DNA from: Ideonella sp.
Lineage (GTDB): Bacteria; Pseudomonadota; Gammaproteobacteria; Burkholderiales; Burkholderiaceae_C
Assembly (NCBI RefSeq): GCF_036277275.1
Contig: NZ_DASUNH010000110.1
Coordinates: 2,014 to 66,013, forward strand
Length of the DNA: 64,000 bases
Direction: 5' to 3'
The position numbers were made by a program, and so were the translations under genes. Under the pieces are notes generated by a model. The model saw nothing but the letters and a program-made list of their open reading frames with translations. It was not told the DNA's origin and made no database searches. Position 1 is the first letter of the stretch. Every line of letters starts with the position of its first letter. Positions 47,688-57,928 of this stretch are shown piece after piece.

Positions 47688-49093
47688 CAGGACAAGCTCC
47701 TCACGTCGGTGATGCAACCGGTCACCGCCGCCGCCGCAGCCATCGCCGGGCTCATCAGGTGCGTGATCGCGCCGCGGCCCTGGCGGCCCACGAAGTTGCG
47801 GTTGGTGGTGCTGGCACAGCGCACGCCGTCGGCCAGCACATCGTCGTTCATCGCCAGGCACATCGAGCAGCCGGGCTGGCGCCACTCGAAGCCGGCAGCC
47901 TGCAACAACGCGGCAATGCCCTCGGCCTCGGCCTGGGCCTTCACCGCGCCCGAGCCGGGCACCACCATTGCGCGCACGCCGGGCGCGACATGGCGGCTGC
48001 CGACGACGGCGGCCACCGCGCGCAGGTCCTCGATGCGGCCGTTGGTGCAAGAGCCGATGAACACATGCTGCACGGGCGTGCCCAGCAGCGACGCCCCGGC
48101 GGCCAGATGGGTGTAGTGCAGCGCCTGCTCGGCACTCTGGCGCCCGACCGCATCGGTGGCGTCATGGGGCGACGGGATGCGGCCGTTGACAGGGATCGCC
48201 TGGTCCGGGCTGGTGCCCCAGGTGACATGGGGCGCCACCTCGCCGGCATCGAAGCGGTGCTCGATGTCGAACATCGCATCTTCATCGCTGCACAGCGTGG
48301 CCCAGTGAGCCAGCGCCGCGTCGCGCCATGCACCGGCGGCCAGGTCGGGTGCGCGGGCCAGCACGTAGTCGATCGACGTCGCGTCCGGCGCGATCAGCGC
48401 GCCGCGCGCACCCGCCTCGACCGCCATGTTGCACAGCGTGAAGCGCGCCTCGACGCTGAGCGCGGTGATCGCGCGGCCGGCGAACTCGACCACGTGGCCC
48501 CGTGCGCCTTGCGCGCCGATGCGCGCGATGATCGCGAGGATCAGGTCCTTGGCCGTCGTGCCCGGCGGCAGCGCGCCGTCCACGGTGATGCGCATGTCAG
48601 CGGCGAGCCGATAGACCAGTGACTGTGTCGCCAGCACGTGCTCGACCTCGCTGGTGCCGATGCCGAAACCCAGGGCGCCGAGCGCGCCGTAGGTGGTGGT
48701 GTGGCTGTCGCCGCAGATCACCACCATGCCGGGGCGGATCATGCCGAGCTCGGGCGCCACCACGTGTTCGATCCCTTGCAACCTGTCATTGGTGTCGAAC
48801 AGCGGGATCCGGTGCCGCTCGCAGTTGCGCTTCAGGTTCGACGCCTGCAGCGCCGAGGCCGGGTCCTCGATGATGCGGTGGACGACCGGATGGGTCGGGA
48901 TGACGTGGCTGACCACCGCCACGTTTTGCCCTGGCACCGGCACGCCGCGGCTCTGTTGATGCAACCCGGAAAAGGCCTGCGGGCTGGTGTATTCGTTCAT
49001 CAGGTGCAGGTCGCAGAACAGCAGCACGTTCTGCGTGTCCAACACCGCCACGGTGTGCGCGTCGACCAGTTTGCGGTACAGCGTCTTGGCCAT
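47687..49093 (-). CDS. leuC: Isopropylmalate dehydratase-family large subunit (paralog)
   Basis: CGDSHT, GSCTNGR, PGCSMC, STTNRNFVGRQG; divergent HLMNEYTSPQAF. Confidence 0.88.
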   Translation of the reverse strand: MAKTLYRKLVDAHTVAVLDTQNVLLFCDLHLMNEYTSPQAFSGLHQQSRGVPVPGQNVAVVSHVIPTHPVVHRIIEDPASALQASNLKRNCERHRIPLFDTNDRLQGIEHVVAPELGMIRPGMVVICGDSHTTTYGALGALGFGIGTSEVEHVLATQSLVYRLAADMRITVDGALPPGTTAKDLILAIIARIGAQGARGHVVEFAGRAITALSVEARFTLCNMAVEAGARGALIAPDATSIDYVLARAPDLAAGAWRDAALAHWATLCSDEDAMFDIEHRFDAGEVAPHVTWGTSPDQAIPVNGRIPSPHDATDAVGRQSAEQALHYTHLAAGASLLGTPVQHVFIGSCTNGRIEDLRAVAAVVGSRHVAPGVRAMVVPGSGAVKAQAEAEGIAALLQAAGFEWRQPGCSMCLAMNDDVLADGVRCASTTNRNFVGRQGRGAITHLMSPAMAAAAAVTGCITDVRSLS

Positions 49094-49098
49094 CGGGA

Positions 49099-50094
49099 TC
49101 AGTCTTGCTCGGTGAGGAAGGGCAGGGCGATCGAGAGCAACTGCTCAGGCGCTTCTTCGGGGATGTAGTGGCCGCAGTCGACCGCCTGGCCGCGCACGTC
49201 GGCAGCGACTTTGCGCCACTCGGCCAGCGGGTCGAAGCAGCGCTGCACGATGCCCTTGGCGCCCCACAGCACCATCAGCGGCATCGCGAGTTTCAGCCCC
49301 TGATCGCGGTCCGCGCGGTCGTGCTCCAGATCGATCGTCGCGGCGGCGCGGTAGTCTTCGCACAGTGCATGAGCAGCGCCAGGCTGCTGTAGGCAACGCG
49401 TGTACTCGTCGAGTGCGCGTGGGTCGAAGGGGCTGGGCGCGGCCAGCGCTGGGCCGCTCCCGAGCGGCCGCGCAACCCGCTCGGCGGGTGGCGGTGGTAC
49501 TCCGTCGCCGGGTGCCTGTTGTTCACCCGCGTGACGAGCACCCATCAGTTCGCGCACATAGGCGCCGGGGTCGGCTTCGAGCAGGCGCTCGGGCATCGGT
49601 GCGCGCTGAATCAGGAAGAACCAGTGCCAGTAGGCACGGGCAAAGGCCTCGGTGGTTTGCGAATACATCGCCAGCGTCGGTGCGATGTCCAGCACCACGA
49701 GTCGCTTCACTGCTTGACCATGGTCCGCAGCCAGCCGATGAGCGACGCGCGCGCCGCGGTCGTGCGCCAGCACGGCGAAGCGCTCGTGGCCGAGCGACTG
49801 CATCAGGCGCATCATGTCGCGCGCCATCACGCGTTTGCTGTAGTTGCCGTGGTCCTCAGCGCCGGCGGGCTTGGACGAGTCGCCGTAACCGCGCAGATCG
49901 GCCAGCACGACCGTGAAGCGCTCTGCCAGTTCGCTGGCGACGCGGTGCCAGATCACATGCGTCTGCGGATGACCGTGCAGCACCAACAGCGGCGGACCGC
50001 TGCCACCCACCAGCGCGTTGATCTCGACGCCCTCGTCAGTGGCCACGCGGCGGGGCGCGAAGCCGGGAAAGAACGTGGTGTCGACGGCGTTCAT
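49099..50094 (-). CDS. Haloacetate/fluoroacetate dehalogenase-like alpha/beta hydrolase
   Basis: HGHPQ, AHDRGAR (Asp nucleophile plus two Arg), YWHWFF, EDYRA, GHYIPEE; 30-aa insertion. Confidence 0.8.
   Translation of the reverse strand: MNAVDTTFFPGFAPRRVATDEGVEINALVGGSGPPLLVLHGHPQTHVIWHRVASELAERFTVVLADLRGYGDSSKPAGAEDHGNYSKRVMARDMMRLMQSLGHERFAVLAHDRGARVAHRLAADHGQAVKRLVVLDIAPTLAMYSQTTEAFARAYWHWFFLIQRAPMPERLLEADPGAYVRELMGARHAGEQQAPGDGVPPPPAERVARPLGSGPALAAPSPFDPRALDEYTRCLQQPGAAHALCEDYRAAATIDLEHDRADRDQGLKLAMPLMVLWGAKGIVQRCFDPLAEWRKVAADVRGQAVDCGHYIPEEAPEQLLSIALPFLTEQD
49435..49524 (-). repeat. In-frame REP-like insertion inside the hydrolase
   Basis: 90 nt encoding EQQAPGDGVPPPPAERVARPLGSGPALAAP; CCCGCCGAGCGGG...GAGCGGCCCAGCGCTGG resembles the intergenic repeats. 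Confidence 0.55.
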
Positions 50095-50214
50095 GGCATG
50101 GCCCTTTGCAGTGTGGTGTATGACGCCATCGTAGGCGTGAAGGCCTCCGAACGCGTGTCGCGTGGCGCATATCATTCATTCCGCTGGCGACACAATCGGC
50201 TGACAATCGGCCCG

Positions 50215-51123
50215 ATGGATGCCGTTTCCGACCTGAGCTTTTTCGTGCTGCTGGCGCGGCTGGGCAACCTCAGCGCCGCAGCGCAGCAGCTGGGCGTGAC
50301 GCCGCCCACGGTCAGCAAGCGCCTGGCCGCGCTGGAGCGGCGGCTGGGCGTGCGGCTGCTGCACCGCACGACCCGGCGTGTGAGCCTGAGCCCCGAGGGC
50401 GAGGCCTACCTCGCCGAGGGCTCGCGCCTGTTGGGCGAGTTGCAGGTGCTGGAGCAGACGGTGGCCGGCAGCCGCGCCACGCCGCGTGGGCTGCTGCGCG
50501 TTCACGGCACGCTGGGCTTTGGCCGCCGTTGCCTGGCGCCAGCGCTGTCGGCCTTTGCGCGCCAACACGCCGAGGTCGAGGTGCAGCTGCAGTTGAGCGA
50601 CCGGCCGGTGAACCTGGTGGAGCAGGGTATCGATGTCGCGGTTCAACTCGGCAGCCTGCCCGATGCACGCCTGACAGCGCGCCGCCTGGCGCCGAACCGA
50701 CGACTGCTCTGCGCCTCGCCGCGCTACTTGCGCACAGCCGGCGAACCCGTGCGACCGAACGAGCTGACCAGCCACCAGTGCATCGTGCTGCGTGAAAGCG
50801 ACGAGACCTTCGGCACCTGGCACCTGCGATCCGGCAGCAAGCAAGAGACCGTCAAGGTGCGCGGGCGCCTGGCCACCAACGACGGCGACACCGCGCTGCA
50901 ATGGGCGCTCGACGGCCACGGCATCCTGCTGCGCTCCGCGTGGGACGCGGCGCCCTTCCTGCGCTCTGGCCGCCTGCGCCAGGTGCTCGCCGACTGGCAG
51001 TTGCCGGACGCCGATGTCAGCGTGGTCTATCCGACCAAGCAGCACCTGTCGGCCCGCACCCGCGCGGTGGTCGACTTCCTGGCCGACTGGTTCGACAAGC
51101 ACCCGCTGCCGACTTGGCCTTGA
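50215..51123 (+). CDS. LysR family regulator, DmlR-like
   Basis: HTH; LGFGR..LAPAL, FGTWHL, LDGHGILLRS.WD as in the DmlR subfamily; divergent from the hydrolase-leuCD operon. Confidence 0.88.
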   Translation: MDAVSDLSFFVLLARLGNLSAAAQQLGVTPPTVSKRLAALERRLGVRLLHRTTRRVSLSPEGEAYLAEGSRLLGELQVLEQTVAGSRATPRGLLRVHGTLGFGRRCLAPALSAFARQHAEVEVQLQLSDRPVNLVEQGIDVAVQLGSLPDARLTARRLAPNRRLLCASPRYLRTAGEPVRPNELTSHQCIVLRESDETFGTWHLRSGSKQETVKVRGRLATNDGDTALQWALDGHGILLRSAWDAAPFLRSGRLRQVLADWQLPDADVSVVYPTKQHLSARTRAVVDFLADWFDKHPLPTWP

Positions 51124-51167
51124 CGGCGCGTTCTACACTCTGCCTCGGCGGTGCCTCGGCATCGCCA

Positions 51168-51378
51168 GCGTTCTCAGGGCGGGGTGAAAGTCCCCACCGG
51201 CGGTGATGCCGGGTGACCCGCATGAGCCCGCCGGTCCGTCCCAAGGGCGAATACCGGAGGGCCCAGCCCGCAGGTACCCCAGCTAGCCCGCGAGCGCCCA
51301 CCCAGCTCCCGCTGAGTGGGGTCAGCAGACCCGGTGTGATCCCGGGGCCGACGGTCACAGTCCGGATGAAAGAGAACC
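51168..51378 (+). ncRNA. FMN riboswitch (RFN element) with an enlarged P3 region
   Basis: cagggcggggtgaaagtccccaccggcggt...agcccgcgagcg...gtcagcagacccggtg...ccggggccgacggt..cagtccggatgaaagagaa; upstream of ribH. Confidence 0.93.
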
Positions 51379-51388
51379 GCTGCGGTAG

Positions 51389-52009
<621 letters not shown>

Positions 52010-52053
52010 CCGGCACCGGTGAACCGGCAAGGACGGCCGCGTGCCGCCCTTGT

Positions 52054-53223
52054 TCAAGCGGCACGCAGGCAGTCGACGATCTTCAGCCGTGCGGCGCGCC
52101 ACGCCGGCACGAAACCGCCGACGAAGCCCATCACCAGCGAGAAGACAAGCGTCTGCAGCACGATGCCGGGCGTCAGCTTGAACTGGAACGCCAGCTCGGC
52201 GAAAGTCTGGAAGTTGGTGGTCGAGATGTCGACCGCCTGCATCGCGCTGGCCCCGAGCAGCCCGAGCACGCCCCCGACGAGACTCAGCAACAGGCTTTCG
52301 GACAAGAACGCCAGCAGCACCGCGCCGCGCCGGAAGCCCAGCGCACGCAAGGTGCCGATCTCGCCGGTGCGCTGCGCCACCGCGGCGAACATCGTGATCA
52401 TCGCGCCGACGATCGCGCCGATCGAGAAGATCACCGACAACACGGTGCCGAGGATGCGGATGAATTTCGCCAGCCCCTCGCTCTGCTCTTCGTAGAACTG
52501 GATCTCGGGCTTGGCATCGACCTGCAGGCGCGGGTCGCCTTCGATCGCGGCCTTGACCTTCGCGTAGCCATCGGCGCTGCCCAGCCGGAACACCACGGTC
52601 GAAAAGGCGCTGCGGCGAAACGACTGCATCATCAGATCGGCGTCGCCCCAGATTTCGGAGTCGAACGCGGTCTTGGCGGCGTCGAAGGTGCCGACGATCA
52701 GCCAGTCGCGGCCACCGAAGCGCAGGGTCTCGCCAATGCGTGTGCCCTCGAAGCCAACAGCCACCGCATGGCCGACCACGATCTCGGCCGTACCGGCACG
52801 AAACCAGCGCCCCTCGACCAGCTTCACCTGCGGCCGCAGTGCGGGGCCGGCCTGGCCCATCCCTCGCATCGTCACGTTGCTCGGCTTGCCGGTGCCGGCC
52901 TTGGGCAGCGAGTTGAGCACCACCGTTTCCTTCGACACCAGCAGCTCGCCCACGCGGCCTGTGGCCACGCCGGGTAACGATTCGAGGATGCTGGCCTGCA
53001 CCCGGTCGACCCCGCTGTTGATCTCGGCCCCCGCGCCCTTGCGCAGCACCAGCACGTTGTCGGCCTGGCCGGTCGCGACCAACGTGGCACGGATGCCTTC
53101 GCTCATCATCAGCACGGTCGCGAAGGTGTAGACGACCAGCGCCATGCCAGCGGCCGTCAGCAGCGTGGTCACGCGACGCACCCACAGGTTGCGGGCGATG
53201 TAGCTGAACGGTATGGCCCTCAT
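52054..53223 (-). CDS. ABC exporter permease (MacB/FtsX-like)
   Basis: QRTGEIGTLRALGFRR; large periplasmic domain; start MRAIPF at 53223. Confidence 0.88.
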   Translation of the reverse strand: MRAIPFSYIARNLWVRRVTTLLTAAGMALVVYTFATVLMMSEGIRATLVATGQADNVLVLRKGAGAEINSGVDRVQASILESLPGVATGRVGELLVSKETVVLNSLPKAGTGKPSNVTMRGMGQAGPALRPQVKLVEGRWFRAGTAEIVVGHAVAVGFEGTRIGETLRFGGRDWLIVGTFDAAKTAFDSEIWGDADLMMQSFRRSAFSTVVFRLGSADGYAKVKAAIEGDPRLQVDAKPEIQFYEEQSEGLAKFIRILGTVLSVIFSIGAIVGAMITMFAAVAQRTGEIGTLRALGFRRGAVLLAFLSESLLLSLVGGVLGLLGASAMQAVDISTTNFQTFAELAFQFKLTPGIVLQTLVFSLVMGFVGGFVPAWRAARLKIVDCLRAA

Positions 53224-53316
53224 CTGCCGACGCCGGTGGTGGCCGCACGGGCGCTCAGGCCCAAGCGGCCTCGGCGCCCTCTCGGAGGGCGGATGCGGCA
53301 TCCCGCAGCCGGGTGC
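53224..53316 (-). repeat. Degenerate REP-like element between the two permease genes
   Basis: Minus strand CCCTCCGAGAGGGCGCCGAGGCCGCTTGGG is similar to the hydrolase insert and the 8724 element. Confidence 0.45.
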
Positions 53317-54474
53317 TCACGTGACATGTCTGAGGCCTTGCACGATGTCGATGCGGCTCATGCGCCAGGCGGGCCACGCGGCGGCGACGAGGCCGACGGC
53401 GGCCGCCGCGCCGCACTGCATCACCACCGTCGACACCTGTACCTGGAACACCGGCAGGAACGAGCCCAGCGCGCCGGCAATGCCGGCCACCGCCGGGAAG
53501 GTGGCGGCCAACCCGATCGCACCACCCATCAGCGCGATGAGCAGGCTCTCGCCGAACAGCAGCCGCACCACGAAGCCGGGCGAGAAGCCGAGTGCCTTCA
53601 GCGTCGCGTACTCGGCCATCCGCTCGCGCGCGGTCATCGTCATCGTGTTGGCCATCACCACCATGATGATTACGATGATGATGTAGCTCACCGCCTCGAT
53701 CGCCGCGAGGATCGCCTCGCTCATCGAGACAAAGCTCAGCTGGAAGGCGGCCTCGGTCTCGGTCAGTGTCTCGGCGGCTGAATTCTTGAACTGCGCATCG
53801 ACGCGCTGCGAGATCAGCGCCGCGTTGTGCGGCTCGTCGATGCCGAGTACATAGACGCCGACGAAGTCGGCCCGCGCGCCGTACTTCTTCCGCATCACTT
53901 CGTTGATGTACTGCCAATGAAACAGCATCTGGGATTCATCGGTCTTGGCCTCGGCGCCTTCCCAGATGCCGCGCAGCGTGAAGTTCCAGGTGCCCGAGTA
54001 GATCGTGCCGCGGATGGGGATCTGGTCGCCGATCTTCCAGCCATAGGTGTTGGCCAGCTTGCGGCCGACGATGGCGCCGCGGCGGTCACGCAGGAAGGCC
54101 TGCTTCTCGTCCTCGGTCAACCGGTATTCGGGGTACAGCTTCAGGTAGCTTGCCGGCTCGACCGCGAACTGCGGAAAGAAGTTGCGCTCGGTCTGGTAGA
54201 CCCCGCCGAACCAGTTGGCCCACGAGATCGTCGTGACGCCGTCGACCGCTTTCAGCCGCTGCGCGTAGCTCAAGGGCAGCGGAAACGTCAGCGATACCGA
54301 GCTGCGGGTGATCAGCCGCGTGCTCGAACTCGCCGCCACGCCGGCGTACCAGGCGTCGATCAGCGTGCGCAGCAAGCCGAACGCACACACCGCCACCACC
54401 AGCCCGACGATCGTCAGCCCAGTCCGCAGCCGGTGTCGGAAGGCGTTGCGAAGCAGCAGCTTGAGCAGGAACAT
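53317..54474 (-). CDS. ABC exporter permease (MacB/FtsX-like)
   Basis: RNAFRHRLRTGLT, ERMAEYATLKALGFS. Confidence 0.88.
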   Translation of the reverse strand: MFLLKLLLRNAFRHRLRTGLTIVGLVVAVCAFGLLRTLIDAWYAGVAASSSTRLITRSSVSLTFPLPLSYAQRLKAVDGVTTISWANWFGGVYQTERNFFPQFAVEPASYLKLYPEYRLTEDEKQAFLRDRRGAIVGRKLANTYGWKIGDQIPIRGTIYSGTWNFTLRGIWEGAEAKTDESQMLFHWQYINEVMRKKYGARADFVGVYVLGIDEPHNAALISQRVDAQFKNSAAETLTETEAAFQLSFVSMSEAILAAIEAVSYIIIVIIMVVMANTMTMTARERMAEYATLKALGFSPGFVVRLLFGESLLIALMGGAIGLAATFPAVAGIAGALGSFLPVFQVQVSTVVMQCGAAAAVGLVAAAWPAWRMSRIDIVQGLRHVT

Positions 54475-54517
54475 GCGAACCGTTTCTGCGTCCGTTTCCG
54501 CGTCCGTTACCGGCCCG

Positions 54518-55636
54518 TTACCGGGCCCTTTGCACCAGCGCCAGCAGCTGCCGGAAGTGCGAGACCACCTCGGCGTCGGTCCAGCCCTGCGACGTGTCGC
54601 CGATGGCCACCTCGATCATCGAGTGGTCCGGCCAGACGGAGTCGACGCAGGCGCCCGACAGCCAGAAGCGGTGTTCCTGCGCGATGGTCAGCATCGCCTG
54701 CCGGACCAGCGCCGGCTCGCCGGGCAGGTGGACCTGGAATGAATTCGTATGCGGTGGTTCCGGCGCGACGCGCAAGCCTTCGACCTCTGCCAATGCCGTG
54801 GCCAGTTGCAGCGCGCGTTGGTGGTACTCGGCCATGCGGGGCCACTGGGTCTTCAGGCCGATCGTGGCCGACAGCACGTAGGGGAAGACGGTGTAGAGGT
54901 TGCCCGCCAGTCGCGTCTGCCACAAACGCACTTGCTTGATGAAATCCGCCGGGCCGGCCAGCGCGCAGCCCGCCAGGCCACCGAGGCCTTTGTAGAACGA
55001 GACGTAGACCGAGTCGGCCAGCGCGGCGACGGTGCTCGGAGCGCGGCGGTAGCCGGCGGATGCCTCCCAAAGCCGTGCGCCGTCGAAGTGCAAGGGCACC
55101 TGCTGCTGTCGGCACCAGGCGCTGATGGCCTCCAGCTCGGACCAGTCGGTCAGGCGAAAGCCGGCGCGCCGCAGTGGCAGCTCGACGATGACCAGTGCGG
55201 GCTTCTCGACCAGGGCCTCCAGTTCGTCGACCTTGAACGGCTGGTCGCCATGGCCCAAACGTACCCCGCGCAGGCCCAGCAGATGCTCGTGGGCCTGTGC
55301 TTCGTCAAGCTCGATGTGCGACTTTCGGTGCAGCGCGACCTGCGCATTGGCGCGCCCGCCGGTCCACACCCGCATGGCGGCCAGTTGGGCCGCGACGCCT
55401 TTGTGCAGAAACAGCGCCGCTACCTTGCCCAGCCGCTGCGCGACGTCCTGCTCCAGCCGCTGTACCAATTCGCCTTCGCCGTACACGTCCAGCGGGCCTT
55501 CGGCTTCCGCCGCGTCGGCCAGGTGCAGCAGGGTTTCCTTCATCGACGATCGCGGCCGACGGCCACTGAGCCAAGCGGTGCAACTGTTGCGCAGGGCCGG
55601 GTCGGCCAATGGGTTGGAGGGGGACGGTGGAGGCAT
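54518..55636 (-). CDS. Low-specificity L-threonine aldolase-like PLP enzyme
   Basis: [22 protein letters not shown] (PLP Lys); start MPPPSP at 55636. Confidence 0.85.
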   Translation of the reverse strand: MPPPSPSNPLADPALRNSCTAWLSGRRPRSSMKETLLHLADAAEAEGPLDVYGEGELVQRLEQDVAQRLGKVAALFLHKGVAAQLAAMRVWTGGRANAQVALHRKSHIELDEAQAHEHLLGLRGVRLGHGDQPFKVDELEALVEKPALVIVELPLRRAGFRLTDWSELEAISAWCRQQQVPLHFDGARLWEASAGYRRAPSTVAALADSVYVSFYKGLGGLAGCALAGPADFIKQVRLWQTRLAGNLYTVFPYVLSATIGLKTQWPRMAEYHQRALQLATALAEVEGLRVAPEPPHTNSFQVHLPGEPALVRQAMLTIAQEHRFWLSGACVDSVWPDHSMIEVAIGDTSQGWTDAEVVSHFRQLLALVQRAR

Positions 55637-55709
55637 CGGGGTGTTTGCTCGGAGTGAGTGAATGGGGTGGGGGCGTCTTGCGTCACGGCGGTGGCGCCGA
55701 TGATCTGGC

Positions 55710-56447
55710 TCACGCAGGCATTTCGTCCACCAGCACACCTTTCTCCAGGTGCACCATGCGTTGTGCCTTGGCCGCGGCCTTCGGGTCGTGGGTGACCATC
55801 ACGATGGTTTTGCCGAGTTCGCGAACCAGCCGGTCCATCAGGTTCAGCACTTCTTCGCCGGTCGCGCGGTCCAGGTCGCCGGTGGGCTCGTCGGCGACGA
55901 TCAGTTGCGGGTCGGTCACCAGCGCGCGCGCGATTGCCACCCGCTGCTGCTGGCCGCCCGAAAGCTCGTTGGGCCGGTGGTCGGCGCGGTCGCTCAGGTT
56001 GACCAGCGCGAGCAGCGCCTCCACGCGCTGTGCCCGTTCGCGTGGCGACAAGTTGGTCAGCAGCAATGGCAGTTCGACGTTCTCGAACGCGGTCAGCACT
56101 GGCAGCAGGTTATAGAACTGAAAGATGAAGCCGACGTTCGCCGCACGCCAGTCGGCGAGTTGGCCCTCGCTCAGGGTGGCGATGTCGACCCCGGCGATCT
56201 CGATCGTGCCGCTGCTCGCATGGTCGATGCCGGCGATCAGGTTCAGCAGCGTGGTCTTGCCCGAGCCCGACGGGCCCATCAGCGCGATGAACTCGCCGGC
56301 GCGCACCTCGAGGTTGATGTCTTCGAGCACCGCAATGTCGAGCCCACCGCGGCGGTAGGCCTTGCTCAGCGATCGAATGCGGATCAGTGGCGGCGTGCCG
56401 CCCGAGGCGCCTAGCGGGTGCGGGCCGGTTTGTGCGGTGACGCTCAT
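55710..56447 (-). CDS. ABC transporter ATP-binding protein (LolD/MacB-like)
   Basis: [25 protein letters not shown]. Confidence 0.93.
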   Translation of the reverse strand: MSVTAQTGPHPLGASGGTPPLIRIRSLSKAYRRGGLDIAVLEDINLEVRAGEFIALMGPSGSGKTTLLNLIAGIDHASSGTIEIAGVDIATLSEGQLADWRAANVGFIFQFYNLLPVLTAFENVELPLLLTNLSPRERAQRVEALLALVNLSDRADHRPNELSGGQQQRVAIARALVTDPQLIVADEPTGDLDRATGEEVLNLMDRLVRELGKTIVMVTHDPKAAAKAQRMVHLEKGVLVDEMPA

Positions 56448-56457
56448 CGTGCCGGCC

Positions 56458-57714
56458 TCATTTCGAAGCGACGGTGACAACGGCGCCGGCGGCGAGCTTG
56501 TCGCCCGGGCTCAGCACGATGCGGTCGCCGCGTTGCAGGGCGTCGGATGAAATCTCGACCACGTCGCCCAGCGTGCGACCCGGCGTGACCGGGACCGCTT
56601 CCAGCCTGTCGTCGGCGCCGATGCGAAACACCAGCGTCTTGCCGCCTCGCTCGGCGATGGTCTTCGGGTTCACCGCCATCACCGGCTTCTGGTCGGCGTC
56701 GGTTGGCGCCTTCGACAGGAAATTGACCTTGGCGCTCATCTCGGGCAGCACCCGCGGATCCAACGTTTCGAAGCGGATCTTGGTCATCACGGTGGCCTTG
56801 GCACGGTCGACCGTCGGCACCACGCGGGCCACACTGCCGCGAAAGCGGACGTCGGGCAACGCGTCCAGGCTGATCTCGACCGGCTGATCGGGCTTGACCT
56901 TGCCAACGCTGGACTCGGACACATCGGCCTCGACCTCCAGTGTCGACAGATCGGCCATCGTCACCACCGCACCCGAGGTGCCGACAGCGTTCGAAAACGG
57001 CGTGATCAGATCGCCGACATTGGCGTTCTTGACCAGCACCACGCCGTCGAACGGCGCGCGGATCTCGGTTGAGTCGCGGTTGACCTGCTGCACCTTCACT
57101 TGAGCCCGCGCCTGCCCGGTGGCCGCGCGGGCGGTGGCCAGCGCGGCTTCGGCGGCCGCGGTGCTGGCCGCGGCGGCGCGCGCGCGGGTCTGCGCGGCGT
57201 CGACCGCCTGCGGCGAGACGAAGGATTGCGCCGCCAGGCCCAACGTGCGTTTCAGCTCGTCGTCGGCGTTGGCCTGCTGTGCCTGTGCCAGCTTCAGGTT
57301 GGCCTCGGACTGCTTCACCGCCGCTTCGCTTTGCCGCACGCCGGCTTCGCTGACGCCCAGCGTGGCGGTCACATCGGCAGCGTCCAGCCGCGCCAGCAGG
57401 TCGCCCTTCTTCACCAGGCTGCCTTCGCGAACGTTCAGCTCCACCAGGCGCCCAGTCGCCTTGGACGACACGGCCGCCCGTCGCTGCGCCACCACATAAC
57501 CCGAGGCCGCCAACTGGCTGTATTGCTGCGACGGGTAGGCCGTCTGCACTGTCGCGGCCTGTACCTCCGTCTTGCGAGGAGCCAGCAGCAGCACGGCCAC
57601 GCCTGCTGCCAGCAACGCGGCGACGACCCAGGGCCAGCGCCGACGGCGGCGCGCGGCCTTTCGGTCGATCTTCTGCAATCCAAGGGGTGCGACGGGCGAA
57701 GAGGTGTCGGCCAT
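56458..57714 (-). CDS. Efflux periplasmic adaptor (MacA-like)
   Basis: N-terminal TM, ASGYVVAQR, IRAPFDG, LPEMSAKV. Confidence 0.9.
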   Translation of the reverse strand: MADTSSPVAPLGLQKIDRKAARRRRRWPWVVAALLAAGVAVLLLAPRKTEVQAATVQTAYPSQQYSQLAASGYVVAQRRAAVSSKATGRLVELNVREGSLVKKGDLLARLDAADVTATLGVSEAGVRQSEAAVKQSEANLKLAQAQQANADDELKRTLGLAAQSFVSPQAVDAAQTRARAAAASTAAAEAALATARAATGQARAQVKVQQVNRDSTEIRAPFDGVVLVKNANVGDLITPFSNAVGTSGAVVTMADLSTLEVEADVSESSVGKVKPDQPVEISLDALPDVRFRGSVARVVPTVDRAKATVMTKIRFETLDPRVLPEMSAKVNFLSKAPTDADQKPVMAVNPKTIAERGGKTLVFRIGADDRLEAVPVTPGRTLGDVVEISSDALQRGDRIVLSPGDKLAAGAVVTVASK

Positions 57715-57928
57715 GGAGGGGCAAGTGGATTGGAAAACGCGGCAGGCGACGGCCTGCCGAATGCGCAGCATGCCATGCCGGCCAGTTGACGAGAAAGCGG
57801 GGCTCTGCTGGAAGCGACCCGTTGCCACACGGCGCTTGCCATTCCCGGCCGGCCGCGGCATCGTCGTGCGATGACCGAGAACCGCGCCAGTGCCCTGCGC
57901 ATCACCGCCGGCCCGTCCAGCCCGAACC

